Source of the DNA: Elusimicrobiota bacterium
Lineage (GTDB): Bacteria > Elusimicrobiota > Elusimicrobia > UBA1565 > JACRDR01
Assembly: GCA_041694815.1 (NCBI GenBank)
Contig: JBGFSC010000049.1
Location: 32,001 to 96,000, forward strand
Direction of reading: 5' to 3'
Length of the DNA stretch: 64,000 nucleotides
Below are positions 8,918 to 18,379 of this stretch, piece by piece. Position numbers and translations under genes: made by a program. Position 1 is the first letter of the stretch. Each line of letters opens with the position of its first letter. A model generated the notes under the pieces. That model made no database searches. It was given only the letters and a program-made list of their open reading frames with translations, and was not told the DNA's origin.

Positions 8918-9808
8918 GTGAACGCTGTTTTTCGACTTGGCATCGACCTAGGCGGCACCAAGATCGAAGGAGTGGTGCTCGGGCCGCGCTTAAAGCAGCT
9001 TTTTCGGGAACGCATCCCGACGGAACAGGAGGGCGGCTACCGCCATATACTCTCGAATATCGCGCGCCTGTATGCGCGCATGCGGCGGGAGATCGGCGGA
9101 CGCACCCACGCGCTTGGGCTCGGCGCCCCGGGGACCGTCGATTACCGGACGGGGCGGGTCAAGAACTCGAACACGCTCTGCCTCAACGGCAAGCCGCTGC
9201 GCCGGGACCTGCGGGGCCTGCTGCGCCATCCCCTGGTGGTCGAAAATGACGCCAATTGCTTCGCATTGGCCGAGGCCCTGCTCGGCGCCGGACGGGGGCA
9301 TTCGATGGTCTTCGGAATCATCATGGGCACCGGCTGCGGCGGGGGCATCGTGCATCAAGGCCGGCTCTGGCGCGGCAGGCAGGGCATCGCCGGCGAGTGG
9401 GGCCATTCCTCGATAGACCCCAGGGGGCCCCTCTGTTACTGCGGGCAGAGGGGCTGCGTGGAAACCTTCATCAGCGGCGGCGGCCTCGAGCGGCTCTATC
9501 GGCTGCGCTACGGGCGGCGGCTAGCCCTCCCGGAGATCGTGGCCCGCTTCCGCAAGCGCGAAAGGAACGCGTCGCGGCTTATGACCGAGTTCTTCGCGCG
9601 TTTCGGCCGAGCCGCGGCCAACCTCATCGACCTGCTCGACCCGGATATTATCGTGCTCGGGGGAGGAGTCTCGAATATCCGGGAGATATACACCCGGGGA
9701 ATCCGGGAAGTCGCGCGGCGAGTCTTCAACGAGCGCCTGGAAACCCCGATCGTCCGCCACCAGCTCGGCGATTCGGCCGGCGTGCTGGGCGCCGCGATGA
9801 TCGCCTAG
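8918..9808 (+). CDS. ROK family sugar kinase (fructokinase/Mak-like)
   Basis: GIDLGGTKIE, VENDANCFALAE, GTGCGGG, GEWGH...CYCGQRGCVE. Confidence 0.92.
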   Translation: MNAVFRLGIDLGGTKIEGVVLGPRLKQLFRERIPTEQEGGYRHILSNIARLYARMRREIGGRTHALGLGAPGTVDYRTGRVKNSNTLCLNGKPLRRDLRGLLRHPLVVENDANCFALAEALLGAGRGHSMVFGIIMGTGCGGGIVHQGRLWRGRQGIAGEWGHSSIDPRGPLCYCGQRGCVETFISGGGLERLYRLRYGRRLALPEIVARFRKRERNASRLMTEFFARFGRAAANLIDLLDPDIIVLGGGVSNIREIYTRGIREVARRVFNERLETPIVRHQLGDSAGVLGAAMIA

Positions 9809-9813
9809 TCAAA

Positions 9814-10686
9814 TTAATCGACGATCTCGCCACCCTGCAGGGCCAAGGTCTCCCCGCTCACATAGCTTGAATCGGCCTCGGAGGCGAAAAAGACGAAGGC
9901 GGGTGCTATCTCCTCGGGCTGGGCGGGACGCCCCATGGGCGTTTGGCCCCCGAACTCAGAGACCTGCTCGGGAGGCCGGTCGGAGGGATTGAGCGGGGTC
10001 CATACCGGCCCCGGCGCCACGCTGTTGACGCGTACGCCGCGCTCGATCAAGTTCGCCGCCAAGGAACGGGTGAAGGCCTCGATGGCTCCCTTGGTCGACG
10101 AGTAGTCAAGCAAGTGCTTGCTGCCCCGCAGCGCGGCGACCGAGCTACAATTGATGATCGACGATCCCGGTCCCAGATGCTTGAGCGCCGCCTGTACCAT
10201 ATAGAAATAACCATAGATATTGGTCTTGAACGTCCTGTCCCATTGCTCCAGCGAAATATCCTCGGGGCGCTCCTGCGTGCGCTGGTAAGCGGCGTTGTTG
10301 ACTAGTATATGCAGCCCCCCGAGCTCCCGCACCGTGCGCTCCACCGCCTTGCGGCAGAAATCGGGGTCGCGCACGTCCCCGGGGATCCTCAAAGCCTTTC
10401 TTTTTTCCGCTTCGATCGCGCCGGCCGTTTCCCGGGCGTCGCTCTCTTCCTCATGCAGGTAGACGATCGCCACGTCGGCCCCTTCCTGGGCGTAGAGCAC
10501 TGCCACGGCCCTGCCGATCCCCGAGTCTCCCCCGGTCACCAAGGCCACCTTCCCGCGAAGCTTTCCGGCGGGGCGGTATTCCGGACCGCGGTATTGCGGC
10601 CTCGGTTTTAGCTTCGACTCGATGCCCGGTTTCTTCTGGTGCTGGGGCGGAAACGGCGGCTTGGGATAGGCGTGTTTTCGATTCAT
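9814..10686 (-). CDS. SDR family oxidoreductase (YhdF/YghA general-stress type)
   Basis: TGGDSGIGRAVA, NNAAYQ, YSSTKGAI, PMGRPAQPEE. Confidence 0.9.
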   Translation of the reverse strand: MNRKHAYPKPPFPPQHQKKPGIESKLKPRPQYRGPEYRPAGKLRGKVALVTGGDSGIGRAVAVLYAQEGADVAIVYLHEEESDARETAGAIEAEKRKALRIPGDVRDPDFCRKAVERTVRELGGLHILVNNAAYQRTQERPEDISLEQWDRTFKTNIYGYFYMVQAALKHLGPGSSIINCSSVAALRGSKHLLDYSSTKGAIEAFTRSLAANLIERGVRVNSVAPGPVWTPLNPSDRPPEQVSEFGGQTPMGRPAQPEEIAPAFVFFASEADSSYVSGETLALQGGEIVD

Positions 10687-11052
10687 GGCTGGACTTTAGC
10701 CTACTCCTTAAAGGGACGGCGACGGCGGAAGGGTAAAGCTTACTTGCCGAAGCTACGACGGCAAGCCTAGGCCGAGCGCCTAAGCCTGGATCCGGCGCTC
10801 TTGGGGCGTAGCGGGCGCAGGAACCAGTGGCGGGCATTACCGACGGAGCCGCTGTCCTTGCGCCAGAGATACGCTTGGGCGTTTAGGAAACGTCGCATAC
10901 CCCCACACTATAACTATTTTTTTAAACGATTTGGCAAGAGGCAGCCTGTATTTTAATATTACGCTCATTTTATAAGCATATTTTTCTTGAAAATTTCTTT
11001 CGAGGAACGGAGGAGGAATAGCAGCTATCCTATGGCGAAGCAGGAGGATCGA

Positions 11053-11910
11053 ATGAATATCGGAAAAGCGGCGATGATAGCGGCGGTGGCGGCCATGAGC
11101 CTCGATGCGGCCCAAGCGCAGGTGCCTATCGTTCCAGAAAGCCACATTCCTTACATTATAGATGCGGCACGACAGGCCAATATTGACCCCGCATTGATAG
11201 CGGCGACGGCCGCCAAAGAGTCCAATTTCGGGCCCAATGCTTTTCGAGAGGAGCCCGGCCTTGCTCGCGTCTCCTGGGAGGACTGGGTGCATTTCGATGG
11301 CTCATTAGGGCCGATGCAGGTTTTGCGTTCCAATTTTAAGGCCTACGGCATCCATTCGGACGCGCAAGCCATGGACCTGGCTACTAATTATCTAATCGGC
11401 GCACTCATCTTGCGCAGGAACCTCGATCGATGCGGCAGCATTTGGGGAGCCGCGACGGCTTACAATGGCGGCTCCTGCGCTGGATATACGACTCCAGGCT
11501 ACGCGGCGCATGTTGTATCGCTGTACCGGACCTACAAGACTCATTTAAATGCGATAAACGCCTCTCGCTGCCGTGTATCAGCGCAACATGTTCGGGATTG
11601 GTATGCGGAGTTCTTAGGGCGAAGCGCTGCTTGGGAGGAGATCAGCGGCCGTATCGGCCGGGATTGCGAGGCGGCGCGCGCCGAGATCATGGACTCCGTG
11701 GAAGCGATAAGACGCAAAGCTTATTTTGCCGAAGGATGCGCGGTGCGGCCCAATCACGTTATCGCCTGGTATAATCAGTTCCTCAGCCGCCCGCCAGAAA
11801 ACTGGGGCGCGATCGCGGGCAATCTGGAACGCGATTGCAACGCGGTGCGCCAGGATATCAAGAACTCAAGAGAGGCTCAATTGCTGGCGTTTAGTTTCGA
11901 CCGCTATTGA
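11053..11910 (+). CDS. secreted lytic transglycosylase (SLT) with two C-terminal repeats
   Basis: SD AGGAGG at 11042; signal peptide; IDPALIAATAAKESNF, GPMQV, AYNGG. Confidence 0.8.
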   Translation: MNIGKAAMIAAVAAMSLDAAQAQVPIVPESHIPYIIDAARQANIDPALIAATAAKESNFGPNAFREEPGLARVSWEDWVHFDGSLGPMQVLRSNFKAYGIHSDAQAMDLATNYLIGALILRRNLDRCGSIWGAATAYNGGSCAGYTTPGYAAHVVSLYRTYKTHLNAINASRCRVSAQHVRDWYAEFLGRSAAWEEISGRIGRDCEAARAEIMDSVEAIRRKAYFAEGCAVRPNHVIAWYNQFLSRPPENWGAIAGNLERDCNAVRQDIKNSREAQLLAFSFDRY

Positions 11911-11914
11911 GTGC

Positions 11915-12448
11915 TCAATTCCACCACTTCTTCCGCCAGGCCTTGTTCCACCACGATTTAAGGGGCACCATGGTCTGGGTATGCCAGCCGGATTGGTTCA
12001 ATTCCCAGACATGGGACCAGACCTCCTCCCAGCTCTTTCCCCCGTTCCAGACCAGATAATCCCAATCGCCCGGCACCGACGCCGCCGAGCTGGCCCAGGC
12101 CCATTTCCCGATGCTCTTAAGCTCGCCGTTCAAACGCGGGCTGCGCACCCAGACCCAGCTTCCGGCCGGCCATTCCCACCACCACTTCCCGTTTTTCATC
12201 CCCTTGAAGACGAAATGCGACGAGGTGGCCTTGACGCCCTTTTGGTTGCGAATCCAGGCGGCCTTCTTGTAGAGCTCTTCCCAATCCGGGGCGTCGACCC
12301 AGATCATCATGTCCCACGGGCCGGTGACGAGCCAGGCGCCGATTGCCTCCTCCCATCCCTGGGCTTGCTTCCATAGCTTTTCGCTGACTTCGCGATCCGC
12401 CTGGACCAACAAATAGGCGCTGCGCTTAGACCACTCCTTCGTTTTCAT
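11915..12448 (-). CDS. tryptophan-rich protein with tandem Lrp/AsnC ligand-binding (RAM)-like domains
   Basis: SD AGGAGG; motifs LVTGPWDMMIWV and SVPGDWDYLVW; 27 Trp in 177 aa; no HTH. Confidence 0.65.
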   Translation of the reverse strand: MKTKEWSKRSAYLLVQADREVSEKLWKQAQGWEEAIGAWLVTGPWDMMIWVDAPDWEELYKKAAWIRNQKGVKATSSHFVFKGMKNGKWWWEWPAGSWVWVRSPRLNGELKSIGKWAWASSAASVPGDWDYLVWNGGKSWEEVWSHVWELNQSGWHTQTMVPLKSWWNKAWRKKWWN

Positions 12449-12559
12449 GTCTCCTCCTGAATTTCGAGCAAGGTATGAATTTTTACGGGCAGCGTCAAAC
12501 TTTATTTGCCGGCCCGTCGTGGCCGGCCTTCGTCGTCGCGGCTATAATCCCCGTTTCCC

Positions 12560-15436
12560 ATGGACGCGACCCGACTGGCGAAAGAGCTCTCCGCGAACCT
12601 GCGGGGAGAGGTGCGCTTCGACGATGCCAGCCGCGCCCTCTACGCCACCGACGCCTCCAATTACCGCCAGACGCCGATCGGCGTCGTCCTCCCACGGGAC
12701 GCCGAGGACGTAGAGGCGGGGCTGGCCATCTGCAGGGCGCACGGCGCGCCCGTGCTGGCCCGGGGTGGGGGAACGAGCCTGGCCGGCCAATGCTGCAACG
12801 TCGCGGTGGTCTTCGACTTCTCCAGGCATATAGGGCGCGTCCTCGAGATAGACCCGGCCCGCCGGACGGCGCGGGTCCAGCCCGGAGTGGTTTTGGACCG
12901 GTTAAGGGCCGAGGCCGCTCCCTTCGGCCTCACCTTCGGCCCGGACCCGTCGACGCACGGGCAATGCACGATGGCCGGCATGATCGGCAACAACTCCTGC
13001 GGGGTGCATTCGCTGGCGGCCGGGCGCAGCTCCGACAACGTGCATGAGTTGGAGGTACTGACCTACGAGGGGGAGCGCTTCAAGGTCGCCGCCACCGACG
13101 CGGCGTCCTACGAGAAGATCCTCGCGCAGGGAGGCCACCGCTCGGAGATCTACCGTAGGCTGCGGCGGATCGCCGAGGTCCACGGGCCTCTTATCCGCAG
13201 CCGCTTTCCCAAGATCCCGCGACGGGTCTCGGGCTACAATCTCGACGAGCTGCTTCCCGAAAACGGCTTCCACGTCGCCCGCTCCTTGAGCGGCAGCGAG
13301 GGCACCTGCGTGATCATGCTCGAGGCCCTCGTGCGGCTCATCCCCGACCCCCCGTTCAAAGCCCTGCTCGTGCTCGGCTATCCCGACATATTCTCCGCGG
13401 CCGACCATGTCCCCGAGATACTGCGGCACGAGGCCCACGGCCTGGAAGCCATCGACGAGGCGCTGATCGCGGATCTCAAGAGGAAAAGGCTCGCGGCCGC
13501 GCACGCCGCGCTGTTTCCTCCGGGCCGCGGCTGGCTGCTAGTGGAGTTCGGCGGCTGGAGCCGGCCGGAGGCGGAAGGTCGCGCTCAAGGCCTGATGCGG
13601 CGGCTTCGGGAGTCGCCGGAGGCACCGTCGATGCGCCTATACGACGACCCGGCCCAAGCGCGGCAGGTATGGAAGGTGCGGGAATCCGGGCTCGGTGCGA
13701 CGGCCCGGGTGCCCGGCCAAAAAGACGCCTGGGAAGGCTGGGAGGACTCCGCCGTGCCTCCCGACAGGCTCGGGCGTTACCTTCGAGAATTCCAGGCCCT
13801 CCTGAAGAAGCATGGCTATCGTTCCGCGCTCTACGGGCATTTCGGGCAGGGCTGCGTGCACTGCCGGATCGACTTCGACTTGACGACCCGCGAGGGCCTG
13901 CGCCGTTACCGGGCCTTCGCGGAGGCCGCGGCCGATCTCGTCGTCCGGCACGGCGGCTCGCTTTCCGGCGAGCACGGCGATGGGCAGGCCAGGGCGGAGC
14001 TATTGCCCAAGATGTTCGGCCAGGAACTGCTTTCCGTCTTCCGGGAGTTCAAGGCGGCCTGGGACCCGGGCAACAAGATGAATCCCGGGAAGCTGGTCGA
14101 CGCCTATCGTCTCGATGAAAATCTCCGACTCGGCGCCGACTACGCGCCTTTGGCGCCGGCGACGATCCTCCGCTTCCCGGAGGACGACGGCAGCTTCGCC
14201 CGCGCGGCCCTGCGCTGCGTGGGCGTGGGAGACTGCCGCAAGGAGAAAGGCGGCGTCATGTGCCCCAGCTACCGGGCCACACTGGAGGAAAGGCACAGCA
14301 CGCGCGGCCGGGCGCACCTGCTCTTCGAGATGCTGCGCGGCTCGCTTCCGCTCTGGGGCGAACCCGTGCACGAGGCGCTCGACCTCTGCCTTTCCTGCAA
14401 GGGATGCAAGAGCGATTGCCCGATGAGCGTGGATATGGCCGCCTACAAGGCGGAATTCCTTTCGCACTACTACCGTGGCCGGCTGCGGCCGCGCTCGGCC
14501 TATTCGATGGGCTGGGTCCACCGTTGGGCGGCCCTGGCCGCGAAGGCGCCCCGGGCCGCGAACGCCCTGGCCTCGATGCCGCTTCTGTCATCGGCGATCA
14601 AATGGGCGGCGGGGATCGCTCCCCAGCGCCGGCTCCCGCGTTTCTCCGAGCGCAGCTTTCGCGCCTGGATGGCCGAACGCCGCCCCCATGCCGCGGCCGG
14701 CGCGGAGCCCGTCATCCTATGGCCCGACACCTTCACGAACTACTTTCACCCGGAAGTCGGCCGCGCCGCCGCGGAATTGTTGGAAGCCGCCGGCTGTCTG
14801 CTGGAAATCCCGCCCGCCGGCCTTTGCTGCGGCAGGCCCCTCTACGACTACGGCATGCTGGGCGAGGCCCGCCGCCTGCTCCAACGGGTCCTGGAATCCC
14901 TCCGCCCCCGCATCCGCGCCGGAGCACCCCTCATCGCCCTGGAGCCCGGCTGCCTGTCCGTCTTCCGAGACGAGCTCGCGCAGCTTTTCCCGCAGGACCA
15001 AGACGCGCGCCGCCTAAGCGAGCAGAGCTTCTCGCTGGACGAATTCCTATGCAAGAGGCGCCCGGGATTTAATCCCGGGGAGCTGCAAAAGAGGGCCCTG
15101 GTGCACGGCCATTGCCATCAGAAGGCGCTCGTCGGCATGTCCTTCGAGGAAAGCCTGCTGCGCAAGGCGGGCCTGCAGATCGAGACGCTCGACGCCGGCT
15201 GCTGCGGCATGGCGGGCGCCTTCGGCTTCGAGAAGGCGCATTACGAGGTCTCGCAGAGATGCGGCGAGCTGGGCCTGTTTCCGGCCGTGCGCGCGGCCGC
15301 TCCGGATACGCTGCTCGTCGCCGATGGCTTCAGCTGCCGCGAGCAGATACTGCAGGCCACGGGCCGGCGCGCGTTGCACCTAGCCCAGGTGCTGCGCCTG
15401 GCCCTCGATCACGGCGGAGCGGATTACATATACTGA
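12560..15436 (+). CDS. FAD-linked and Fe-S-binding oxidoreductase (YdiJ / GlcD-GlcF fusion type)
   Basis: RGGGTSLAGQ, SGEHGDG, CVGVGDC, CLSCKGCKSDCP, CCG motifs. Confidence 0.9.
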   Translation: MDATRLAKELSANLRGEVRFDDASRALYATDASNYRQTPIGVVLPRDAEDVEAGLAICRAHGAPVLARGGGTSLAGQCCNVAVVFDFSRHIGRVLEIDPARRTARVQPGVVLDRLRAEAAPFGLTFGPDPSTHGQCTMAGMIGNNSCGVHSLAAGRSSDNVHELEVLTYEGERFKVAATDAASYEKILAQGGHRSEIYRRLRRIAEVHGPLIRSRFPKIPRRVSGYNLDELLPENGFHVARSLSGSEGTCVIMLEALVRLIPDPPFKALLVLGYPDIFSAADHVPEILRHEAHGLEAIDEALIADLKRKRLAAAHAALFPPGRGWLLVEFGGWSRPEAEGRAQGLMRRLRESPEAPSMRLYDDPAQARQVWKVRESGLGATARVPGQKDAWEGWEDSAVPPDRLGRYLREFQALLKKHGYRSALYGHFGQGCVHCRIDFDLTTREGLRRYRAFAEAAADLVVRHGGSLSGEHGDGQARAELLPKMFGQELLSVFREFKAAWDPGNKMNPGKLVDAYRLDENLRLGADYAPLAPATILRFPEDDGSFARAALRCVGVGDCRKEKGGVMCPSYRATLEERHSTRGRAHLLFEMLRGSLPLWGEPVHEALDLCLSCKGCKSDCPMSVDMAAYKAEFLSHYYRGRLRPRSAYSMGWVHRWAALAAKAPRAANALASMPLLSSAIKWAAGIAPQRRLPRFSERSFRAWMAERRPHAAAGAEPVILWPDTFTNYFHPEVGRAAAELLEAAGCLLEIPPAGLCCGRPLYDYGMLGEARRLLQRVLESLRPRIRAGAPLIALEPGCLSVFRDELAQLFPQDQDARRLSEQSFSLDEFLCKRRPGFNPGELQKRALVHGHCHQKALVGMSFEESLLRKAGLQIETLDAGCCGMAGAFGFEKAHYEVSQRCGELGLFPAVRAAAPDTLLVADGFSCREQILQATGRRALHLAQVLRLALDHGGADYIY

Positions 15437-15442
15437 CGGCCG

Positions 15443-17728
15443 ATGCCTTCACCCAGGCGTGCGGCGGCCGCCAGCCTGCTGGCGCTCGCGGCGGCGGCCG
15501 CGTTCTTGCTGCGCGAGAGCCTTTTCGGCGGAAGCGCGCTGGCACCCGCCGAATCGCTGCTGGCCCTGCCCCCCTGGAACGGCGTTTATCCGCCCGGGGG
15601 AGGCAATCCCCTGCTCTCCGATATTTACCTGGTCTTTACGCCGTTGCGCCATTTCCTCCACGAAAGCGTTTTAAACGGCTATTTCCCGCTTTGGAATCCG
15701 AACATCGCCTGCGGCGCTCCCTTCCTGGGAGCGATCCAGGCCGCCGCCCTCTATCCGGTGAATCTCCTTTTGGCCTTTGTGCACCCGTTTTACGCCGCGG
15801 GCTGGGCGGCCTTCCTCAAGCTGCTGATCGCGGGGTTCTTCACGTGGCTCTACCTCCGGCGCCTGCGCGCCAGCGCGGAGGCCGCGCTTTTCTCCGCCCT
15901 GAGCTTCGCCTTTTGCGGGTTCCTCATCGCCTGGCTGGGGCATCCTCAGTCCAACGCGGCCTGCCTGCTGCCGGCCCTGGCTTATTTCCTGGAGTCCGGC
16001 CATTGGACCGGCCTGGCGCTCGCCTATGCCGCCATGATCTTGGGAGGACACCCGCCCACCGCCGTGCACACGAGCCTTTGGCTTATTTTTTACGCGGCGG
16101 CGCGATTCCGGGACAAGCCGAGGTCCCGGCCGGCGTTTGCGACGGCGATCGCGCTGGGAACACTGCTCGCCTCCCCGCAGCTGCTCCCCTATCTCGAGTA
16201 TTGCCGGCTCGGCTCGCAGGGCGCGGCCTCCGAGGCCCTGCGGCGCTGGGATCACTCCCTGTCTCCGGCGACCTGGACTCATTTTTTCGCTCCGCACATT
16301 TCCGGCAATTACTCGCGCGGCTTCGAGCAGCTCCGCGTGCTGCTCGCCCTCGCACCGCACGAGAACTTCAACGAGCGCACGGGCTTCGTCGGCGTGCTCG
16401 CGCTGCTGTTGGCCTCCTTCGCCGCCGTCTACCGACGCAGGGAGGCGCCCGTCCGCTTCCATATCGGAGCCGCTCTGCTCTGCGCGGCGGCGGTTTACGG
16501 GCTTGCCCCCTTCCCGCGGCTTCTCGGGATCGTGCCGGTGATCAACTCGATCAACCCGACGCGGCTTTTGCTCGTCATCTGCTTCTCGCTGTCTGTCTTG
16601 GCGGGTCTCGGCATGGATCGGCTCGGCAAGGTCAAAAGACCGGGCCATTCCCGGGTCCTCCTGGCCTCGCTCGGCCTCATCGCCGCGTCGCTGGGGTTTT
16701 GGCTCTGGCATCTATTTTCTCCCGCCTGGGGCGAGATGACGCCGGGGGAGATCCGCTTCGTGCTGCGGCAATTGCCGGCGATGGCCCTTCCCTTCGCGGT
16801 CGCGGGGATTCTCGCCGCGCTGCGCCTGTCGCCTCGCGTCCGCGCGCTTCTTTGCATCGGCTGCGCCGCCGTCGAGCTGATCCATTTCGCCGATGGGGTG
16901 CATCCGATGGTCTCCCGATCCCGCTATTACCCGAGCACTCCGGCCATCGAGCGGCTGCGCGCGGACCCGTCCCCTCTCCGCGTCCTGGGCCTCGATTGGA
17001 CCCTGCCACCGAACACGGGCTCCCTCTACGGTCTGCAGGACGCGCGGGGAGTCGATTATGTGAGCCTCAAACGCTACGAGGAACTTGTCACCGGGCGGGC
17101 GGGGAATTTCGATTTTTATTTGAAAGCGGCGGAGCTCCCGGCGGCCCTCCCGGCCTTGGGCGTCAAGTACCTGCTCTCATCGCGCCGGGAGCCGCCCAAG
17201 GGCTTTAAGCCCGTCTACCGCGGCGAGATGTCGATATTCGAATCCGTGCGGCAGGCCGAGCGGGCCCTGATCGTCCATCGGCATCGGGTGCTGCCGAAAG
17301 AGGAAATCCTCAGGATCATGCGCTCAGGCCGCTTCGACCCGAGTATCGAGCTCTTATTGGAAGAAAATCCGCCGATCCCCCCCTCTCCCGCGGGCGTCAT
17401 CGAGCAAGAAAGGGTCGGCGTCAGGGATACGGCGCACATCGTTCGATATCTCCCCAACGAACTCGAAGTGGAATGCCGCTCTTTAAGGCCCGCCTTCCTG
17501 TTGCTGCTGGATTCTTATTACCCCGGCTGGAAGGCCTCGGTCAACGGCAGGCCGGCGGATATCTTGAGGGCCGATTATAATTTCCGCGGGGTGCCAATCC
17601 CCGCTGGGCCCTCGAGCGTCCGTTTCGTCTATCGGCCGATCAGCTTTTATGCGGGACTGTCATTGGCTGCGCTAGCGGCGCTCTTGCTGCTCTACTGCGT
17701 CCGGACGCAGTGGAACACGCGATCCTGA
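15443..17728 (+). CDS. YfhO family membrane protein (GT-C-like glycosyltransferase)
   Basis: PLWNPNIACGAPF, multiple TMs, C-terminal DSYYPGWKASVNG...ADYNFRGV. Confidence 0.85.
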   Translation: MPSPRRAAAASLLALAAAAAFLLRESLFGGSALAPAESLLALPPWNGVYPPGGGNPLLSDIYLVFTPLRHFLHESVLNGYFPLWNPNIACGAPFLGAIQAAALYPVNLLLAFVHPFYAAGWAAFLKLLIAGFFTWLYLRRLRASAEAALFSALSFAFCGFLIAWLGHPQSNAACLLPALAYFLESGHWTGLALAYAAMILGGHPPTAVHTSLWLIFYAAARFRDKPRSRPAFATAIALGTLLASPQLLPYLEYCRLGSQGAASEALRRWDHSLSPATWTHFFAPHISGNYSRGFEQLRVLLALAPHENFNERTGFVGVLALLLASFAAVYRRREAPVRFHIGAALLCAAAVYGLAPFPRLLGIVPVINSINPTRLLLVICFSLSVLAGLGMDRLGKVKRPGHSRVLLASLGLIAASLGFWLWHLFSPAWGEMTPGEIRFVLRQLPAMALPFAVAGILAALRLSPRVRALLCIGCAAVELIHFADGVHPMVSRSRYYPSTPAIERLRADPSPLRVLGLDWTLPPNTGSLYGLQDARGVDYVSLKRYEELVTGRAGNFDFYLKAAELPAALPALGVKYLLSSRREPPKGFKPVYRGEMSIFESVRQAERALIVHRHRVLPKEEILRIMRSGRFDPSIELLLEENPPIPPSPAGVIEQERVGVRDTAHIVRYLPNELEVECRSLRPAFLLLLDSYYPGWKASVNGRPADILRADYNFRGVPIPAGPSSVRFVYRPISFYAGLSLAALAALLLLYCVRTQWNTRS

Positions 17729-18280
17729 TCAGCGCTTATATAAGCCGATGACCTCGGCCTGGCCGAGTATACGCCCCTTCATCGCCTGGACCAACGCGGT
17801 CTTGGTGGCGTTGGCGGGAAGCCCAAGCTTCTTGTCCAAGGCGTAGAGCTTGAAGAAATAGCGATGAGGTTTTCCGGGCGGCGGCATCGGGCCGTAATAG
17901 CCGATCCGCTCGTAGCTCGATACGCCCCAGCAGGCGCCCTGCTTGGAGCCGTCCGGCAGCTCCTCCTTCTTTTCCACTCCCTCCGGCAGGCCCGTGGCAT
18001 CGGCCGGGATATCGTAGATGAGCCAGTGCACCCAGGTGCCCGGAGGGGCGTCGGGGTCATCCATGATCAGGGCGAAGCTTTTGGTCCCGGCGGGGACGCT
18101 CGACCAGCGCAGCTGCGGGGAGACGTCCTCGCCTTCACCGGTGTGCTTCTTCGGAATCAAGGCGTTAGGCTTAAAGGCGGTGCTTGAGATCTCAAAGGGC
18201 ATTTTTTTCCTCCGTGCGGCGTCGGCCGAAGCGAGGGGAAGCATAAAAGCGATAAGCAGTAGGCCTAGGCGTCGTTGCAT
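17729..18280 (-). CDS. YbhB/YbcL family (PEBP) protein, secreted
   Basis: DDPDAP, WVHW, GPMPPPGKPHRYFFKLYALD. Start placed at the ATG 7 nt after TATAAT. Confidence 0.9.
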   Translation of the reverse strand: MQRRLGLLLIAFMLPLASADAARRKKMPFEISSTAFKPNALIPKKHTGEGEDVSPQLRWSSVPAGTKSFALIMDDPDAPPGTWVHWLIYDIPADATGLPEGVEKKEELPDGSKQGACWGVSSYERIGYYGPMPPPGKPHRYFFKLYALDKKLGLPANATKTALVQAMKGRILGQAEVIGLYKR

Positions 18281-18379
18281 GGGCGCCATTATACAACAGA
18301 AGGACGCCGCTAGGGCCTATGGGGAAAATAGGCCCAAAGCCCCTTTTTACTTTCAAGCCGAACGCCCATCATATTACCG

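Noticed and set aside
15112..17208. 698-aa alternative-frame ORF (and similar ones such as 4070-5407, 23122-24195, 48476-49606)
   Set aside because: Arg/Pro/Gly-rich shadow ORFs overlapping well-supported genes, expected in high-GC DNA.
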